From NCBI GenBank assembly GCA_951406725.2, contig OX597837.1, forward strand, positions 46,872,001-46,936,000: a stretch of 64,000 nucleotides of DNA, given 5' to 3'. Shown here piece after piece: positions 60,884 to 64,000 of the stretch. Each line of letters opens with the position of its first letter. Position 1 is the first letter of the stretch. The DNA is from Octopus vulgaris. Taxonomy: Eukaryota. The position numbers and the translations under genes were made by a program. The notes under the pieces are model-generated. The model saw only the letters and a list, made by a program, of their open reading frames with translations. It ran no database searches and had not been told where the DNA came from.

Positions 60884-63222
60884 ATCAATTGCTGCGTGGA
60901 AGGTGTTTATAAGCCATTTAAGAAACACACGAAAACTGTTAGATTCACTTCAACATTTAAATTTAATTTGTCAAAATATTTTTGTCGCTTTGCAGTACGA
61001 AATTTTGTCAGTGAACAGGTTGCGGTCTCAAGGCGTATATAGACCTAACCACAAATAATCTTAAATATTCATGTCACAAAACGGTTGCCTGACTACCTCA
61101 ATAATCATAGTAGAAAAAATTAAATAGTCAAACAAAAAATCTAGGTTGCTTTAAATTCACACATGCTGGATATTATATTGAAGTTTCTGTGACTACGCTT
61201 GTGGCTGAGTAGGTATATCTTGGGAAGCACCGACAAGGGTTGCATGAAAGAGATTCTTTCACGACTCCTTCAGGGAAAGGGTTCTCATCTTCCATGTATG
61301 TAATAGCATGTTTAAATCTCCCTGAGAACCAGGTTCGAGTGGGGAGGATTCAGCCACTTGCATGCTAATTCCAACTGGAAAACTTGTCATAACAAACAGA
61401 GTACAAGATTTTATGTAGGAGTTAAAAGTGACCCAGAATGTGACAAGGCTGCCCCCCCCCCCTTAGAATTGCTGGTACAACTAATTTTTGCCAGCCGAGT
61501 GGATTGGGGCGATGTGAAATAAAGGGTCTTGCTCAAGGACACAACATACTGCCAGGAATTGAACTCATGACCTTAGGATCATGAGCTGAATATGCTAACC
61601 ACTGAGCCATATGGCTTCACAACTCATACACATATACATACATACTTACATACATAAATACACATACATACATACATACATAAATACATATGCACATATA
61701 TACTATACACCCATACACATTCACACACAATCACACACACAAACTCATGCACACAGTATATTCTAAAGGATAGTTCCCAACTACTAAATTCCACTATTTG
61801 CCCTCTTAATCAACCTGATGCCATCGTAGAGGACACGTGCAAAGATCTCAAATGTGGCTCTTAAAGGTTTTCAGCTTAAAGGTTTTCAGTTTCATTTATA
61901 ATAACCCGAGAAAGGTATGTGTCTTTTATAACCTCATTCACTCAATCCTCTCCTTTATGGACAACAGAATGAATATAAGTAATTCAATATAAGTGTTATG
62001 TGAATATTTGGAATTTCATATATCTGGGGCCCAAAAGTAAGTGGGTCATGAAAGGCCCTTTATGTTTGTGTTGACCTACTTACTTCTTTCCAAAGCAATT
62101 AAGTGTTGCAAATCAGACCAAATGCACCAAAAAGAAGCTTTTTTATATGGTTACTTTACTTGTTAGAAATGGTAACCAAAGCTCTTTAAAATCACATTTT
62201 ACTGTGTTTTTTTAAGAATTCATTTGGGTAGATATAATCCAGATTACACTATGTCTGATAAAAGGTGGAATGTCATGGTTCAGGTCTCTTGATCACATGT
62301 TTGCTCAATTATGACTAGCTTTGGATTGAAAAAAAAAACAGTACTATAGACAGTAAGCACAGGTGTGGCTGTGTGGAAAGTAGTTTGCTTCTTAACCACA
62401 TGGTTCCAGGTTCAGTCCCACTGTATGGCACCTTGGGAAAGTGTTTTCTACTATAGCTAGGACTGACCAAAGCCTTGTGATTGGATTTGGACGATGGAAA
62501 CTGATAAAAGCCCAACCCACACACAATGTGCGTGTGTGTGTGTGTCCTTATGTCTGTGTTTGTCCCCAACCACCACTTGACAACCGGTGTTGGTGTGTTT
62601 ACATCTTCATAAATTAGTGGCTTGGCAATAAGAGACTGGTAGAATAAGTACTAAGCTTTAAAAAAATAAGTCTTGTGGTCAATTTGTTCCACTAAAATAC
62701 TTCAAGGTGGTGCTCCAGCATGGCCGCAGTCAAATGACTGAAATCAGTAAAAGATGAAAAATATGGTGACAGCAACAACAATGATAACAAATACAACACT
62801 TAACCAAAATTTAGGCAGAAAGACAGAAAGAGACAAAAAGCGTGAATCTGGCAGACAAAGAATAATCTCCAAGACTTCATAAACAGTTCAGAATGGCAGG
62901 AAAGTGGCGGCAGTTTCTATGAATTCTGTAATTCTTGTGTTTATGACCAAACCATTTATCTGAGCGGGGACTAGAAAACTTTCTTTTTATAAATCATCAT
63001 CATCATCATCATCGTTTAACGTCCGCTTTCCATGCTAGCACAGGTTGGACAGTTCAACCAGGGTCTGGGAAGCCAGAAGGCTGCACCAGGCTCCAGTCTG
63101 ATCTGGCAGCATTTCTACAGCTGGATGCCCTTCCTAACGCCAACCACTCCGTGAGTGTAGTGGGTGCTTTTTACATACCACCGGCACAGGTGCCAGGTGA
63201 GCCGGGCAACAGCCATGATCGG
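60883..63222 (+). repeat. 2.3-kb segmental duplication, copy 2 (inside sulfotransferase intron 1)
   Basis: Direct repeat of 50279-52617, offset about 10.6 kb. Confidence 0.95.
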
Positions 63223-63346
63223 TTGAAGCTTTTTACATGCCGCCGGCAGGGAGGCCAGTCGAGGTGGCGCTGGCAACGGCCACGTTCGGATGGTTCTTTT
63301 ACATGCCACCAGCACTGGTATCACAAAGACTGAAAATTCTTTGTGC

Positions 63347-63382
<36 letters not shown>

Positions 63383-64000
63383 GTAAACAGAAATAACTAA
63401 AGCATAAGAGAGGAAAAACTAAGGAAAGAAGGGACTGACTTAAGAAGGGGATTAATCAAATGAAAAAAGTGAATGCAAAGAAGCTGAGTGAATTCTGCTG
63501 AAGGAACCCGAAGACCGTGTGGTGCTGTGAAGCTGGGGGGATAGGATAAAGTTTACCACCCCTGTAAGCTTATGGTAAAATTTGAACTCAGAATGCAAAG
63601 AGCCAGAAGTAATGTCTTATTCTAACTATTCTGGCTGACCTCAACCCTAGGCCGATACTGTATTTATCAACCTTTGGAAAGATGAAGAGCAACATTGACC
63701 TTGACCAGATTTGAACTCAGAATCACATAAGATATTTTGTCCACTGCTCTAATGGCTCTGCCACCAATTGGCTCCATTGGCAGGGGATCAATGGTCAAGT
63801 GAAGTGACACTGGGATGGATGGATTAGTGATGAGTTAAACAATTGTGGTAGGCGGTAGGGAGGCAAGGCCAAAGGAATGAAACTCATGGTGTTGTGTGGG
63901 GTATAAACAAACATGCCAACTTTCTCAGCTGCCCCTTTTACATATGACTTGGTAGCAGTTTTATGTGCTGGTGTAGTCACAAGAAGGCACCACCCCTGGT

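Overview
AT-rich, repeat-dense eukaryotic genomic DNA. The repeat types (tRNA-head SINEs, RTE LINE 3' ends with (GAT)n tails, Penelope-like remnants, abundant CA/TA/ATT microsatellites) suggest a coleoid cephalopod, probably Octopus; this is an inference. Two protein-coding genes are supported, both on the + strand. (1) An SH2D4A/B-like adaptor gene with eight phase-consistent coding exons at 31273-45009 (coiled coil plus C-terminal SH2). Its conserved first coding exon was not found, and its frame closes only if intron 37979-40385 uses a GC donor. (2) The first coding exon of a cytosolic sulfotransferase (59121-59364), whose PAPS-binding loop reads YPYSG instead of YPKSG. The rest is mostly decayed mobile DNA: mariner/Tc1, Tx1/L1, RTE, R4/Dong-like, Penelope, Gypsy, Helitron-like elements, MITEs and SINEs. 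Notable structures are a head-to-tail concatemer of an RTE 3' UTR with 62-bp hairpin subrepeats, three degenerate minimal hammerhead motifs, a 2.3-kb near-identical duplication around the sulfotransferase exon, several inverted repeats, and an unexplained CpG-rich island near 10.7-11.4 kb. Most ORFs in the track are microsatellite or repeat artefacts. No CRISPR array, rRNA or true tRNA gene is supported.
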